A stretch of DNA of 64,000 nucleotides from assembly GCF_006345805.1 (NCBI RefSeq), contig NC_043020.1, positions 3,844,001-3,908,000 of the forward strand. Direction: 5' to 3'. The notes under the pieces are model-generated. The model did not search any database. It was not told the DNA's origin and saw nothing but the letters and a program-made list of their open reading frames with translations. This document shows positions 35,690-48,800 of the stretch, piece by piece. The stretch comes from Octopus sinensis (taxonomy: Eukaryota). A program made the translations under genes and the position numbers. The first letter of the stretch is position 1. Every line of letters begins with the position of its first letter.

Positions 35690-38600
35690 CTGGCTCTTTT
35701 CGTCTATGCAGACGGTCAATTTAGTTTAGAGGTCCCTTAATCGAACATATCAGGGGCTCCCTTTCTTGCAGCTTGTTTCATGGCTGCTTCTTCCAATGAT
35801 TGAAGCACAGCTTCTGTCACAGTACTTGCCTACCGAGAGGGTGGCTCGGTGCTCTGCATTTCTCTTGTTTTCCTTTCGCTGCTGACGCTTCTCAACTTGT
35901 TTGTCTCTGTAGCTGCTCTCCAGCAAAGCAGTTCCTTCCTTCACCACAGTTCTCCATGTTGTTCTGTCCTCAGCCCTCTCTTCCCAGGTGCTGGCATCCA
36001 CCTCACACTTGGACAAACTAGTTTTGCAAGTGTCCATATACCTCAGTTTTGGTCGTCCCTTGGTCTCTTGCCCTGGGTCAGTTCTCCATAGAGCAGTTGC
36101 TTCAGGATTCGATGGTCATCCGTTCTCCTGACAGGCCCCAGCCACCTCAGTCTTCTCATACACAGGATAGCTGTCATGCTTTGAAGATTCGCCTGCACCA
36201 GCACTTCAACATTGGTGACCTTGTCACGCCTTGTTAGGTCTAAGACCTTGTGGAGGCATCTGAGATGGAAGATGCCGAGGCACCTTTCCTGTCTGCTGTA
36301 CAAGGTCCATGTCTCAGATCCACAGAGGAGTGTGCGGAGAACACATGCTTCATAAATCCTGTCTTGATGTCTAATCTCTAGTTCTTCCATGCTCGTTCTG
36401 TCAGCCTTCCAAAAGTTGTTGCTGCCTTCCTTATCCTGACGTTAATCTCATCATCAAGTGAAGCAGTAGAGGAAATGGTAGACCCTGGATAGCAGAACCT
36501 GTCCACTGTCTCATGCACTTTGTCATCAAGCTTTATGTGGCCTTTCGCTGCGCCCTTGTGAGTGAGGATGACTGTCTTCTTTACACTGATGACCAAACTG
36601 AAGGTTTTGCATGCTGATGACAGGTGGTCCATCGTTATTTGTAGACTTAATTCCTTGTGAGCAACAAGTGCCGCATCGTCGGTGAAGAGAAAGTCTCTTA
36701 TTGTTGCTCTATTGATATTGGTCTTGGCCCGAAGTCTAGAAAGATCAAAGAGTGACCCATCAGTTCTCCAACAAAGGCAGACATCTCCCGGCAACTCTTG
36801 AAATGCCTACTGCAGCAATACAGCAAAGTAAATGCTGAAAAGGTTTGGTGCTAAGACACAACCTTGTTTTACTCTGCTGTTGATGTTGAAGCTATTTGAT
36901 GATATTAAGCTGTCAAACTGAATGGTGGCCTCCATGTCATCATGGAACGAAACAATGTGCTGCTGTAGTATTGGGGGACAGCCACATTTTCCAAGCACCA
37001 TGTACAGTCCTGATCTGCTGACTGTATCAAATGCCTTTGTCAGATCGACAAATGCTATATATAGTGGGAATCACTGCTCCCTGCATTTTTCTTGTAGTTG
37101 ACGAATGGAGAAGATCACATCCATTGTTGAGCGGTTGGATCTAAAGCCGCACTGGATCTCTGGTAGTACTCTTTCTGCTGGCTTCTGAAGTCGTTTCAGA
37201 ATGATCCTCGCAAAAGCTTTTCCAATGATGCTCAGAAGTGAGATGCCTCTGTAGTTATTGCAATCTCCCGTGTCCCCTTTATTTTTGTAGAGAGTGATGA
37301 TCTTGGGATCTCTCATATCCGGTGGAATTTTTACTTCCAACGAACACATCTTTAGTAACTTGTATAAATGTGGAAGGAGGGCATCTTTGTTCTCTTTCAA
37401 CACTTCAGCAGGTATATTGCCATTTCCTGGTGCTTTTCCGCTTGCAGTGGAGAGTTCTTCTTCCGTTGGTGGTATATCAAGTTCCGTCTTTTCAGGGAGC
37501 TGAGGAATGGCCTCATCAAGCTGTCTATCAACATCTCACACCTTTGTCTACAATTGAGAGTAATGTTCCACCCATCTTTCCATTTGTTTCTTCTTGTCCG
37601 TCAGCTGGTCACCTGTTGCAGACTTGAGAGGTGCCACTTTACTCACTGTTGGTCCGATAGCAACTCTAATCTTCTCATACATTTTCCTGATGTTACCCAT
37701 GTCACTCGCCTGTTGAATTTCCAAGCATAATTTATCCCGGTACTGGTTGGCACATTTTCTAGTTTCTTTTTGAAGGTTGGATTATGCAGCATGTACCTGT
37801 TGCTTTCTACTTTCTGTTGGCTTTCTCTTGTGCTTTATGAAGATCTCGCGCTTTTTCTCAAGTAATGGCATCAGTATTGATGCATTGGCTTTGATCCAGT
37901 CCTCCTCGGAAAGTCGATCCGTTCCAAAGGCCCTCGACGCAGAATCATATATTGCTGATTTCATGTTGTTCCAAATGTCGTCAGGGGATGAGCTATCTAA
38001 GTTTTGGAGCTGTTCTTCAACATATTCTTGAAATTTGGTTCTCATTGCTGGATCTTGGGTGTTTTTTGTGTTGATCTTAGGTTTCCTTGGTTTTTCGGCT
38101 CTTGGTATTTTCTTTGTGACCATCTTTATCTTGGCTATAACCATCAGATGATCTGTGTTACAGTCTGCACTGTGGAAGGATCTTGTTTGCTTCACAGTGT
38201 TGACATCATTCTTTCTGATGATGACGAGGTCAATCTGGTGCCAATGACCTGATCTTGGTTGGCACCAAGAAACTTTATACCGGTCTCTGGCCATTGAAGG
38301 TTTTTGCAATGGACAGGTTGTTATTTGTACTAAATTCTAAGAGTCTCTGGCCATTCAAATTGATTTTCCCCAGTCCAAACTGTCCAAGGCAGTTGGACCA
38401 TGCTCGGTAATCAATGCCTACTCTTGCATTGAAATCGCCCATGAGAAAGAATTGGTCTGCTTTTGGGACTCTGTTGATCACATCCTGAAGTTCCTCGTAC
38501 AACTGATCTTTCTTCTCATTTTCTACTGTTAGAATCGGGGAATAAGCACTAATGAGATGGGCCCTTCCAGTTTTAGTCCCCACTTCCATGATAGTGATGC

Positions 38601-39205
38601 GCTCAGATATGCCTCGAGGAGTACTGACCTTGTTCAGCAATCTGTTGTGTACTGCGAACCCCACACCATGGATTCTCCTCTCGTCTTCCCCAAGGCCCTT
38701 CCAGAAGAATGTGTGTTTTTCCCTAATGGAACCAGAGTCAGCAAGTCTTGTCTCTTGCAGGGCAATGATGTCTACATTCAGCTGTGTGAGCTCCCTGTCG
38801 ATGATTGCCGTTTTCCTGATGTCCCCTGTTTTGTCCAGGTCGGTAATGTCCATTCCAGCTGTCACTGTTCTGACATTCCAGGTCCCCAGTTTCAATGGGG
38901 TCAATTTCAATTTTCTTCCTCTTTTGCCAGGTGCTGGGCTTTACATCTGCTTTTCGGTATTTGTCCTAGCTCCATACACCCTTAACAGCGGACAGACGCG
39001 GTGGATCAGCACCTTACTGACTGGGCACTGCCCAGTTTAAGACGGGCGGTAGCTGATCAGTGCGATTGAATAACCACTCCCATCGTCAAAGATGATCCAT
39101 AGTGACATCCTGCTTCACCAAATAAGGATGTCTTATAATCCGAAAACTGCCACTTCCGTGTTGTTTCCTTTGCCTGTTACAGCAAGGATGAAGTGTCCTC
39201 TCCCT
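35690..39205 (-). mobile_element. near full-length RTE LINE (APE + RT), frameshifted
   Basis: LKLGTWNVRT, DIIALQETR, GDFNARVG, IDLVII, DHLMV; GFRSNRSTMDVIFSIRQLQEKCREQ, VKQGCVLAP, FLFTDDAALVAH, GSETW, RRLRWLG; RTE-like 5' UTR. Confidence 0.95.
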
Positions 39206-39249
39206 ATGCTCTCTCTCTTTTTTTTTTCTTTCTCAGTATCCTCCCAGAA

Positions 39250-39477
39250 ATTCTAAGTCTTTGGCTTGGCTAAGCTAAATTCCTGGGCTCTGAATGTATG
39301 GAGAACGTGCCTTACGATCCCCCTTTCGACTTCACTGATTTACTCCAAAGGAGAGACAAGGTCAATACATTTGGAACCAGAAAAGTTGCAGGGTCTTCCA
39401 GAAGATAGTTTGGATCATTCCTCCCCATCATTTGCCGTTTTGGTAGCAGCTCTAGTCTGACCTCTCTCTCTCTTTCC

Positions 39478-39534
<57 letters not shown>

Positions 39535-39735
39535 ACACACACAATATTACGTCCCAACTACATTGCCTCAACAGGCCCAGCTCTCTTTAATACCAAAACA
39601 CATCAAAACGGAAACGGATCCCATAAAATACAAAAGTTCAATGGAGAAATTTCTTCAAAAAATCTCGGACCAACTTCTTAAACTCGAATATGTCTTCAGC
39701 AATAACAACTCTTTGTTAGAGTGGGCCATAGTGTC
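39250..39735 (+). mobile_element. CR1/L2-like LINE 3' remnant split by a (CT)(CA) tract
   Basis: LQRRD..YIW and MEKFLQKISDQ..NNSLLEW resemble the CR1-group ORF2 C-terminus. Confidence 0.45.
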
Positions 39736-39792
39736 CCATTTATGACCGAAAGACTTCTCTAGGTGATGCTATTGACTGAAACCTATCAAAGT

Positions 39793-39847
<55 letters not shown>

Positions 39848-39928
39848 ATATATATGTGTGTGTGTGTGTATATGCGTATGTATATGTATATGTATATACA
39901 TTTTCCCTTCGACTTTCCTCTGATTCCT

Positions 39929-39963
39929 GTTCCTGAAGAAGAGCTTTGCTCGAAACGTAAAAC
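39929..39963 (+). ncRNA. Penelope-type minimal hammerhead motif
   Basis: GTT(C)-CTGAAGA-A-GAGC-TTT-GCTC-GAAAC-GTA-(A)AAC; ACGT palindromic stem III. Confidence 0.65.
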
Positions 39964-40072
39964 CACCTTTCTTTCTTTCCCCGAGCATCTGCTAATACTT
40001 TGCATGTTCCACGTCCTCGCCTCGCGCGTTGTTGTTTTTTCTTTTGTTTGTTCTTCGTATTTTGGGATTTGC

Positions 40073-40118
<46 letters not shown>

Positions 40119-40779
40119 TATATATACATATGTGTATGTATATTTATACATATAAATATATTCAAATACATATGTATATATATACATATATATGTGTATA
40201 TATATGTATATATATGCATATGCATGTATACACATATATGTATATATATGTGTGTGTGTGTGCGCGCACGTGTAATATGCACCAGCACACCTCCAGCCTA
40301 CGAGACGAAAATAGTAAAATGATTGCGTTGGCATCGATAATTATGTGATTGGTTTCATATGAAATTCTTGTTCGAGTCCTAGAGTTTAGTTTTGTCTGAG
40401 ATTGGCACACACGCATACACACAAACAAATGCGCGCGCGCACACACACACACACACAATTCTATATCTAAACACACGAACCTGCTTCTACAGACACAAGC
40501 ACTTTGCGTTGTTTTATTGTTTATTTATCGATCAATTCGTTTCCGTTCAGATTGAGTTTCTCCCTGGACAAAGCTTTTGTTTATTATTTTGTTTTTATTT
40601 TAGGTCGTTTCAAAAATACGTTTTCATTTTTGACTCTGTTTTTCTCCGTTCTTGTGGTGCGTGTTTGAAGCAATAAGGTGAAAAATACAACATGAATTTA
40701 TTGTTTCTGTGCGAAATATTATCATCATTGTTGTTGCTGTTGTTGATATTATCCTCATCGCCATTAATTATTGGCATCT

Positions 40780-41110
40780 GGAATGTTGCCATTCGTTCAC
40801 TGAACTCTTTCTGCTGACCCAGGAGGTCAGAAGAACGGTAAGAATTACGTTCTATTGAATGTTTAATGTAACATAAATGACGACGTTTTAGGAATGGTTT
40901 TCTGGGCTGTCGACAAGGACATGTTGAGTAGTTAGTAACTTTTGGAGGCCGTTCGGAATTTGGACTGTTTCCAAAAGTTCTCGGTTTGGTAGTGCTACAG
41001 TATGAATTGGATGAGAGGGACAAGCGTTACTGTATCGGAGATCTTTGTAACTGACCATGTTCAAGATGCGTGCAGGACAACGAAACTGTCCAGTACACAC
41101 GAGTTCGGTT
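40780..41110 (-). mobile_element. degenerate Penelope-like GIY-YIG fragment
   Basis: DLRYSNACPSHPIHTV..LLETVQI aligns by eye with KYCNSTTLASHIHNL..LEWSII of the 23-kb element. Confidence 0.4.
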
Positions 41111-41719
41111 CTGTGTTTACATTTGATTTATTAAATATGTGCATTGCTGATTTGTGGGTTTATGTCTAGCAGTTGTTATCACATGCGAGGCGGATTTGGC
41201 TATCAGCCGAGTCTGTCGTGAAGATTGACCCACTACCTTTCTTTGGCAAGGATGAGCAATTTCTCTCTGCCAAGATACTATGGAGAAAAAAATTGTGCGG
41301 TAGACGAAGCTGAAAGATTTAAAGACAGAGGGTTTTTTGCTTTTCTTTTTTTTTAAACCAAATCCTTATCAACCTTCTTCAAGTGCCTTTTGATGAGGAA
41401 GATGAAAGTACACTGAACCGCAAAAGAAACACGATTTTTTCAAATGTTATTTTGAAAATTTATTTCGGGGATGTAAGTCTAAATATTCCAAGACAAGCTG
41501 GTGTATGGCTGAGACTCAAACTGTAGGTAAACCTTTCAACTTTCCCTGAAACGAGATGCCAAAACGCAGCAGCGTTGAATGCCGTGGGAAGAAGTCGCAA
41601 ATAATTGTCATGAAAACCGAAATGCGCATACGTTTTGTGGCGGTTATGGGTATAAAAATCAACTTGAACTGCGTTCATGGCATTCGAAATCCGTCCCATT
41701 GCCCCTCCCCTCACTTTTT

Positions 41720-44345
41720 GGATTTGGGATTTTACCTTTTGTAGATTGTACCTTGTTGGATTGCTTTCTTTACCTGTTATTGTGTTTACTATTGCAGTTT
41801 TTCTGTTAATTATTCATTGGATAAAAACAACCAGTGTCCTCGTCCGCCAGGGCAAAGCCAGATGATGGCTGGCCCCAAGCCAGACGATGGCTGGCCCCAA
41901 GCCAGATGATGGCTGGCCCTAGTAATGAAGAAAGTGAAATGGAACAACACATAGAAAGAATCGTCGAAACAACGTTGGACTCAGATTCAGAAGAGGAAAC
42001 ATGAAAGATAGAAAAGAAAATACCAGCCACCACGAAGAAAAATACTGAGATGGCTAGTCTGATGACAGAAATGGCAAAGAAACAACTTAACTTTGCAGCC
42101 GCTGCCGGAGCAAGGCAAATGAAAATTGACCTGAGTAACATAGAAGAAGTGTAAAAGATGATGACGACGAGGAATGGTTTTGAAACCAAAGCTGAACCTC
42201 CCAAACAAATAAAAGAGGAGGTGGAAAGGAGAACATTAATTTATAAAACGTTTAAAGTGAAAAACAAGAAAATCGACTTTGTGGAAGAAAAAGAAATAGA
42301 AAAACGTCTGCAACCCATATGGGGTAAGATTAAATATTTAACAAGAGGGAAGAAGTGAGAATGGGGTTGGAGGAGGAGGCACGGCTCCATTCCGTCGACC
42401 CTCCACGGACAGAGGAAGTGGTGCTTCTACCCACATATATATATGTATGGGTAGAAGAACATCTAGTGTAAGCATAGTGAACATCCCACCTGAGGTGGAA
42501 CCTGAGTGGCTCATCGCGGCAGTGACGCTAGGTCTTGAAGATAGGATTGAGATAATCAACGCTGCCGTGGAGGAGCCACGTAATTGGTTCGGTCAAAGGG
42601 TGTAAATCACCCTGCAAGCCGAACAAGCTACATTGGAGGAAATAACTGAAATAATTGAGGTTGGTGAGAACCGTCTGCCAGTGATGGTAGAAGGTCGCCA
42701 GCCTCGGTGCTTCCAGTGTTGCAAGAAAAGCCACTTCAGAGCCGACCACAAGCCTAAAGAAACAAAGGGGGAAAAAGAGGACAAAGGAAATGTCGAACCC
42801 ACGACGTCGTCGCCTCAAATAGCTTCAACAAGACCAGTGCCAGAGGAGAAAGAAGGGAGAGATGGTCTACGGTGGTGGCTACCAAGAGAAAATTAATGCC
42901 CCCCCCCCTCACTGGAAAAAGAAAAGGAAAGAAAAAAGAACAGAGAATTTATAAAAAACCTAAAGTACCAGAAAAAAACTATTATTATATGGCGGTTCGA
43001 ACCTCCAATAGGGATTTAATGAACCGCATAGCGGTAGATCACATTGAAAAAGTCGAAGTGGAAGAAAAAGTGGAGAACTGTGAAATTTAAAAAGCAAGTC
43101 AGAAACTTTACAACAAACTATCTAACGAATTCAGAAAAGATGTAGGCCCTCTAAGAATAGACATTTCTACGAGTATTTATGAGGGCCTCATCCTGCCGAC
43201 TCCACGAGCCCGGAATAAAGAAGAGGAGGTGGGTAATGGTGAAGGGTAGAAACCCCCGCTGTTACAAGTGTGGCCAAAAAGGCTACACAAGAGCAGAATG
43301 CCCTCCACCTCGTGAGAAAAAACATCAGTGCCCCCACCACCCGAGAATTCGGGCGCACCTCCACTTCCGGCGAAAGTTGCCCCGGAGGCGAAAAAACAAA
43401 AACAAGACACAGAAGAGGACCCAAAAGCAGGAAAACGAAAGGAGACGGGAGTAGATAAAAAGAACAGAACTCTGAATGAACTGTTGTGGCACCCCCCCCC
43501 CCAAAAAAAAAAGAAAAGAAAGAACTCACACCCTACCCCACAGATACTAATGCACCCACTGCAGGTACACAGGATACCTCCCCCCAAAAATCTGAACTTA
43601 AAATAACTGCGATAAGCGTTAAAAATAAGGAACTAAAAAAAGAACTGGAGAAAATAAAGAATATGAAACCATACAATTATCTCCATAACAAGAACATTCC
43701 CTTCTTATATTCAATTTTATCTTGTGGATTGTATAAACTATGATTTTCTTACGAAAACATATAGCAGGGACGTTGGTCTTTTGCAAGGGATTTTTGATCC
43801 AATTTGTACCAGGAGTTTTTGAAAGAGATTCCACCAACCATGCCAAATGAAAAGTTGGATGAGGTAGGACTACCGACCCTCCTCTAAAGGAAAAAAGTAA
43901 GTAAAAATTTTTATGCTCTCGCTCAAACAAGGTTGCATAAATGTGCGCGACCTGGGGTCGGATTGGAAGCAAGGTCACCTCTTTAACGACCTCAAGTCGA
44001 ATTGTTTAGATTTGATAGTCACAACTAAGACCAAACTGAGTGGACTGCAAGCTTTTTCACCTCTCCTAAATGGCTACGGGAAATTTATTTCTCCATATCA
44101 ACCTGGAGTGAGGAGTGGAGTCGCAGCCCTACTCAGGAAAGGCCTAAGTTTGGAGATAAGAACAATCTTTGTTGACCCGGAGGGCAAGCTGGTCGTCTTT
44201 GATGTGACGTACAGCAGTGGTAAGTTCTTCAGGACAGTCTGACTATTTCAGAGGCCGAGAGGATTTTCTAGGAACGTCACACACTTTAGTGTTGGTAGGA
44301 GACTTTAACACAATCTGCGATGCACGCGTAGATCATTGCTGATCT
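41720..44345 (+). mobile_element. L1/Tx1-like LINE: ORF1 (zinc knuckles) and start of ORF2 APE, decayed
   Basis: RCFQCCKKSH and RCYKCGQKGYTRAEC knuckles; GCINVRDLG..DLIVTTKTKL..SGVAALLRKG..EGKLVVFDV; 22-bp x3 repeat at 41855-41919. Confidence 0.75.
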
Positions 44346-44354
44346 TGTGCTAAA

Positions 44355-44414
<60 letters not shown>

Positions 44415-44417
<3 letters not shown>

Positions 44418-44659
44418 TAGTTTTATTTTTATAACGTGCTTTCACTTCACTACCGAGCGCAGCTCTGTGTGCCTTGGGTATGTGCTGTGATTTGTTGTGA
44501 TGCTCTTATGGTTACTGTACTGAAAGAGTTCTGCGTAGGATGTGTGCAGTGCCTAGTAGTGCAATTTTCTGTATGTTATATGTGTTTGTAAGTCCTGGTT
44601 TTTTGTTATATATTTGTCTGAATAATCTTTTAACATGCCTAATGCACCTACTAAGATAG
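44415..44659 (-). mobile_element. R4/Dong 3' end, same family as 12172-12604
   Basis: Reverse complement matches ...GTAGTGAAGTGAAAGCACGTTATAAAAATAAAACTACTG followed by (AAT)n. Confidence 0.85.
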
Positions 44660-45225
44660 TATTATTATAATTATAGCGGAACAAATCAAGCCTCTGTATA
44701 AAGAAGTATTTGTTTTCTTTTTTTGTACGTTTGGTCTTGTGTAATGATTGTCAAACGTCTTCCGTCCATGGCCACTCCTCCTGTCTCTAAGCATTACTAC
44801 TAGAGTTTTCCCCACCCTACCCATCTACAGTATTCTCTAAAAGAATGAATATTTTCAAAACAACACAGAAGATAAGAAAAACAAGAAATAGCAGCCGAGT
44901 GACAATCAATGCAGAACTTGAAGGAAGGCATTCATAAATAAGGCCGCTTAAGCTATCGCAACGCCCTCTGAGGGGAGGCATTGCTAACGCCCAGCCTGCC
45001 AATTAATCGTCATCATGTGTTGTGTGTTTAATGCGAGTGGACATTTAATGCTGCGGAAAAAAAATTGGTTTTTATTGATTTGGATGTGAGACAAAAATAC
45101 TTGAAATCTTAAATATTTTCCATTATGTTCCGAGTTCAAGCCCGGTCGAAGGCGTCACTGACTATGATCCTTTAATGGTTATGAATGTGTGTGTGTGTGT
45201 GTGTGTGTGCGTGTGTGTGTGCGTG

Positions 45226-45336
<111 letters not shown>

Positions 45337-45679
45337 TCACGTCTTATATGTATTTACACATATTTATATTCGAGTGGTGGTGGTGGTGGTGATGATGATG
45401 ATGGTGTTGAAGATGATGGTGTTGATAATGATTTGATGATGGTGTTGATGATGATGATGGTGGTGGTGGTGGTGTTGATAGTAGTAGTCAACGTTTCCAT
45501 AAGACTGGTACCGGTGGTGATTGTGATAGTAATAGTGATAATTTGGAGGTAGTATTGATGATGGTGGTGGTGGTGGTGGTGCTGTTGATGGTAGTGACTG
45601 TGATGATTGTAGTAGTGGTGTTGGTGATTGTAATGGCGGTGGTACTAATGGTAAAAGGACTCCCGCATCCGCCAAACTC

Positions 45680-46178
45680 TTGCTTGGGAATGCATGTAAC
45701 AGACTTGATAAGATCTGGCGCTCACACCTTCCATCCACGTTAAAAGTTAAAATACGTAGAACACTGATGGAGCTGGTCCAGCTCTATGGTTCAGAGACCT
45801 GGACCCTATCGGTTCTCTTAGAAGAGCAACTGGATGGAAGATATGTGAACCTGCTCAGAAAGATACGGAACATCTGTTGAAGATCACACCCAACACTTAT
45901 TAAACATCTACGGAAATCTGATGGCAATATCCCTCAAGCTAAAGCAGAAGAAAAGGCTACAATTTGCTGGCCATTGTCAACGAGCAGAGAAAGAGGTTAT
46001 CTCATCCCTGCTCCTATGGAAGTGTTTTCTCCAGGAAACTGATATTTCCAGATACTATATCTCGGGACACAGGGCTGGATATTAGAGATCTGAATAGAGC
46101 AGGACCGTGTTTAGTGTGGAAAAGGATTGTCAATGGAGTTCCGACCAACGTTGGTCGAAGGATGATGATGATGATGGA
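45680..46178 (+). mobile_element. RTE LINE 3' fragment with (ATG)n tail
   Basis: ACNRLDKIWRS..LYGSETWTL..LDGRYVNLLR; ends GGTCGAAGG(ATG)n. Confidence 0.75.
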
Positions 46179-46679
46179 AAGTGATTCGATGGAGGAATGC
46201 AGCGCATTGGTGGTTGTGGGGTGTTGGTAAAATTAAGCCTTCAGCAATCAGTCAGACTAGACAGAGAGGGGCAGGGGGGAGTGAGGCGAGACAAGGAGAA
46301 GGGGAGAGAAAAGAGATGGAAAGAGATAACCAGAGAAAAAGGAAAAGAGAGGAAGGCGGAGAGAAAGAGGAAGAGAGGGGGAAGAGTAGAAGGAGAGAGA
46401 GAGAGAAATAGTAGTTTCTTATTTTTATTAAAGATGCATCGTCGCTACCACCACTACCACCATCTTTATTGTCACTACTACCATCATTTCATCATCTTCC
46501 TTCTAATCATCATCATCATCATCATCATCATCATGTTCATCAGCACAACGTCCACGTCGTCATTGTTGTCACACTATTATTTTCTCACAAAAAATAGTTT
46601 TTGCTTGGTCTGTCATAAATTAATAATCCCCTTCTCTCCCCCATCTGCCACAGATTGTCATAAATCTAGTAAAAAATCT

Positions 46680-46725
<46 letters not shown>

Positions 46726-46842
46726 AAACACAGTGACAGATTTTCATCTTATGGGGGAGAGGAGGGATGTTAAACGAAAATAAATCATTTCCAAGGACAA
46801 ATTAGGATATTACTAAAGAAATCATTATTATTATTATTATTG

Positions 46843-47570
46843 CTGGACGAAACGCTTGGCAGTATTTTGCCCGTCGATACGTTCTGAGTTCAAATTCCGC
46901 CAAATACGTTTCATCCTTTCGGGGTTGATAAAATAAGTACCAGTTGTACACTGGGCTCGATGTAATCAACTCAGCCCTCTCCCAAAATTGCTGCCCTTGT
47001 GGCAAAATTTGAAAACATTATTATTATTATTATTATTATTATTCAATATTTCGCCTGTCTTCATGTTCTGAGTTCAAATTACGCTGAGGTTGACTTTACC
47101 GTTCATCCATTTGGCTATAAGTAAAATAAGTACCAGTTGAACACTGGGGTTGATATAATCAACTCATCCCCTCCCACAAAATTGCTGCCCTTGTGGCAAA
47201 ATTCGAAACCATTATTATTATTATTCGGCATTTCATCTATCTTAATGTTCTGAGTTCAAATTCCGCCAATGTAGACTTTGCCTTTCATCCTTTCGCGACT
47301 GATAAATTAAGGACCAGTGAATCACTGGGGTGGATGTAATCGACTAGTCCCTTCCCCTCAAATTTCAGGCCTTGTGCCTACAATAGAAAGGGCACGCCTG
47401 GTGAAATGTTTAGTCGTATTCGTCTGTCGCTACGTTCTGAGTCCAAACTCCTCCGAGGTTGACTTTACCTATTATCCTTCAGGGTCAATTAAGTACCAGT
47501 TACGCACTGGAGTCGATGTAATCGACGTAATCTCTTCTTCCAAATTTCAGGCCTTGTGCCTTTAGTAGAA
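46843..47570 (+). mobile_element. chain of four diverged SINE family A copies
   Basis: Repeated GTTCTGAGTTCAAAT..AAGTACCAGT..GGGGTCGAT modules, the first three each preceded by (ATT)n. Confidence 0.8.
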
Positions 47571-47578
47571 AGGATTAT

Positions 47579-48800
47579 TGTTCTATGTTCATATACATAT
47601 GTATGTGTATGTAGACATATATACGAATACATCTCTATGATTAGCACTATTTTGTTATGCGCATTTAGTAGACAGTATGAACTGAGAATAAAGCGAATAC
47701 CCACAATGTGTATCACAGCGCTATATACATATATAAACATTCTAAGTAAATAAACATGGTCAAATCATATTAACGCCTCCAGCAAGTTGTTTTATTGCTC
47801 AACACAAAACAAAGAAGATATGATATGGTGGCAGCGGTAAGGACTTAATCGAAAACCTGCCATTACAACAAAACAGGAACACAAAAAGTCTGAACTTAAC
47901 AAACTGAATATCGCTTCGTCTTTGGACACACACGAAAATCCAGAATGGCGACCCCCGGCGCCGTACAGATGGATGTACATCCGACCAAGAACTGGGATGC
48001 CGATGATGTCGTGGAAGCGTTCAAGAAATTCAAGCAGAAAAGTCTATTGGCTTTCAAAAGCTTCCTGAAAGGTACAACTGCCGACGGAAAGGTAAGCTAC
48101 ATCCTTTTATGGACGGGAGAGAAAGGTTTAGACCTATTCAATAGTTGGGACATGTCAGAATCGGATTGCAGTAATCCCGACACCTAGACACCTAGAGCCC
48201 AAATCAAACCACAGAATTCATAGGGACTAATTTCTAGGGCCTGAAACAAGGCCCACAAAAATCAATTGACAACTTCCTGTCCAGACTAAAGAAATGCAGA
48301 TTCAAAGACAGGGACGAAAGGATTATTAATCAACTCATATGATGGTGTGCTCACCAAGAAGTCCAAAAATCCCTCATAGGTAAGGACGCTCTCCAGTTGA
48401 TAGAAGCAGTAGATACTGCAAGAGTATTTGAAGCTACTACAAAACGAATGGCCTCACCTTTCAAACAAACAGAATGGGCAATAGTGTAGATATTCTCTCT
48501 ACACATGGGATGAAGCATATCCATAAGCAGAGACTATGCCAGTATTGTGGTATAGAGCATGAGTTCAATGACCAGAGACACACTGCAAAGCATGTGGAAA
48601 GCCCAACCACTGGGGAAAATGTGTAGATTAACAAAATCTCACAAATACAAGCCTCAACTTTCAAAGAGGAGTGGAAAGAAAAGACAAAAAGATGTACATG
48701 CCCAACAGGAAGAAAACACCTCAGAAGAAGAATTCTTGGCAGTCGGCACAATAAATGTACATGAGATGGGAAATGACAACCAAAGAAAATAATGAGGCAT
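47579..48800 (+). mobile_element. Gypsy LTR retrotransposon 5' remnant (putative LTR, PBS, gag)
   Basis: PBS TGGTGGCAGCGGT at 47826-47838 (complementary to a tRNA-Leu 3' end); NWDADDVVEAFKKFKQ..YILLWTGEKGLDLFNSW; CQYCG..H and CKACGKPNHWGKMC knuckles. Confidence 0.75.

Noticed and set aside
38552-39040. Plus-strand ORFs of 142-162 aa (and others at 37294-38252)
   Set aside because: Antisense shadows of the minus-strand RTE ORF.
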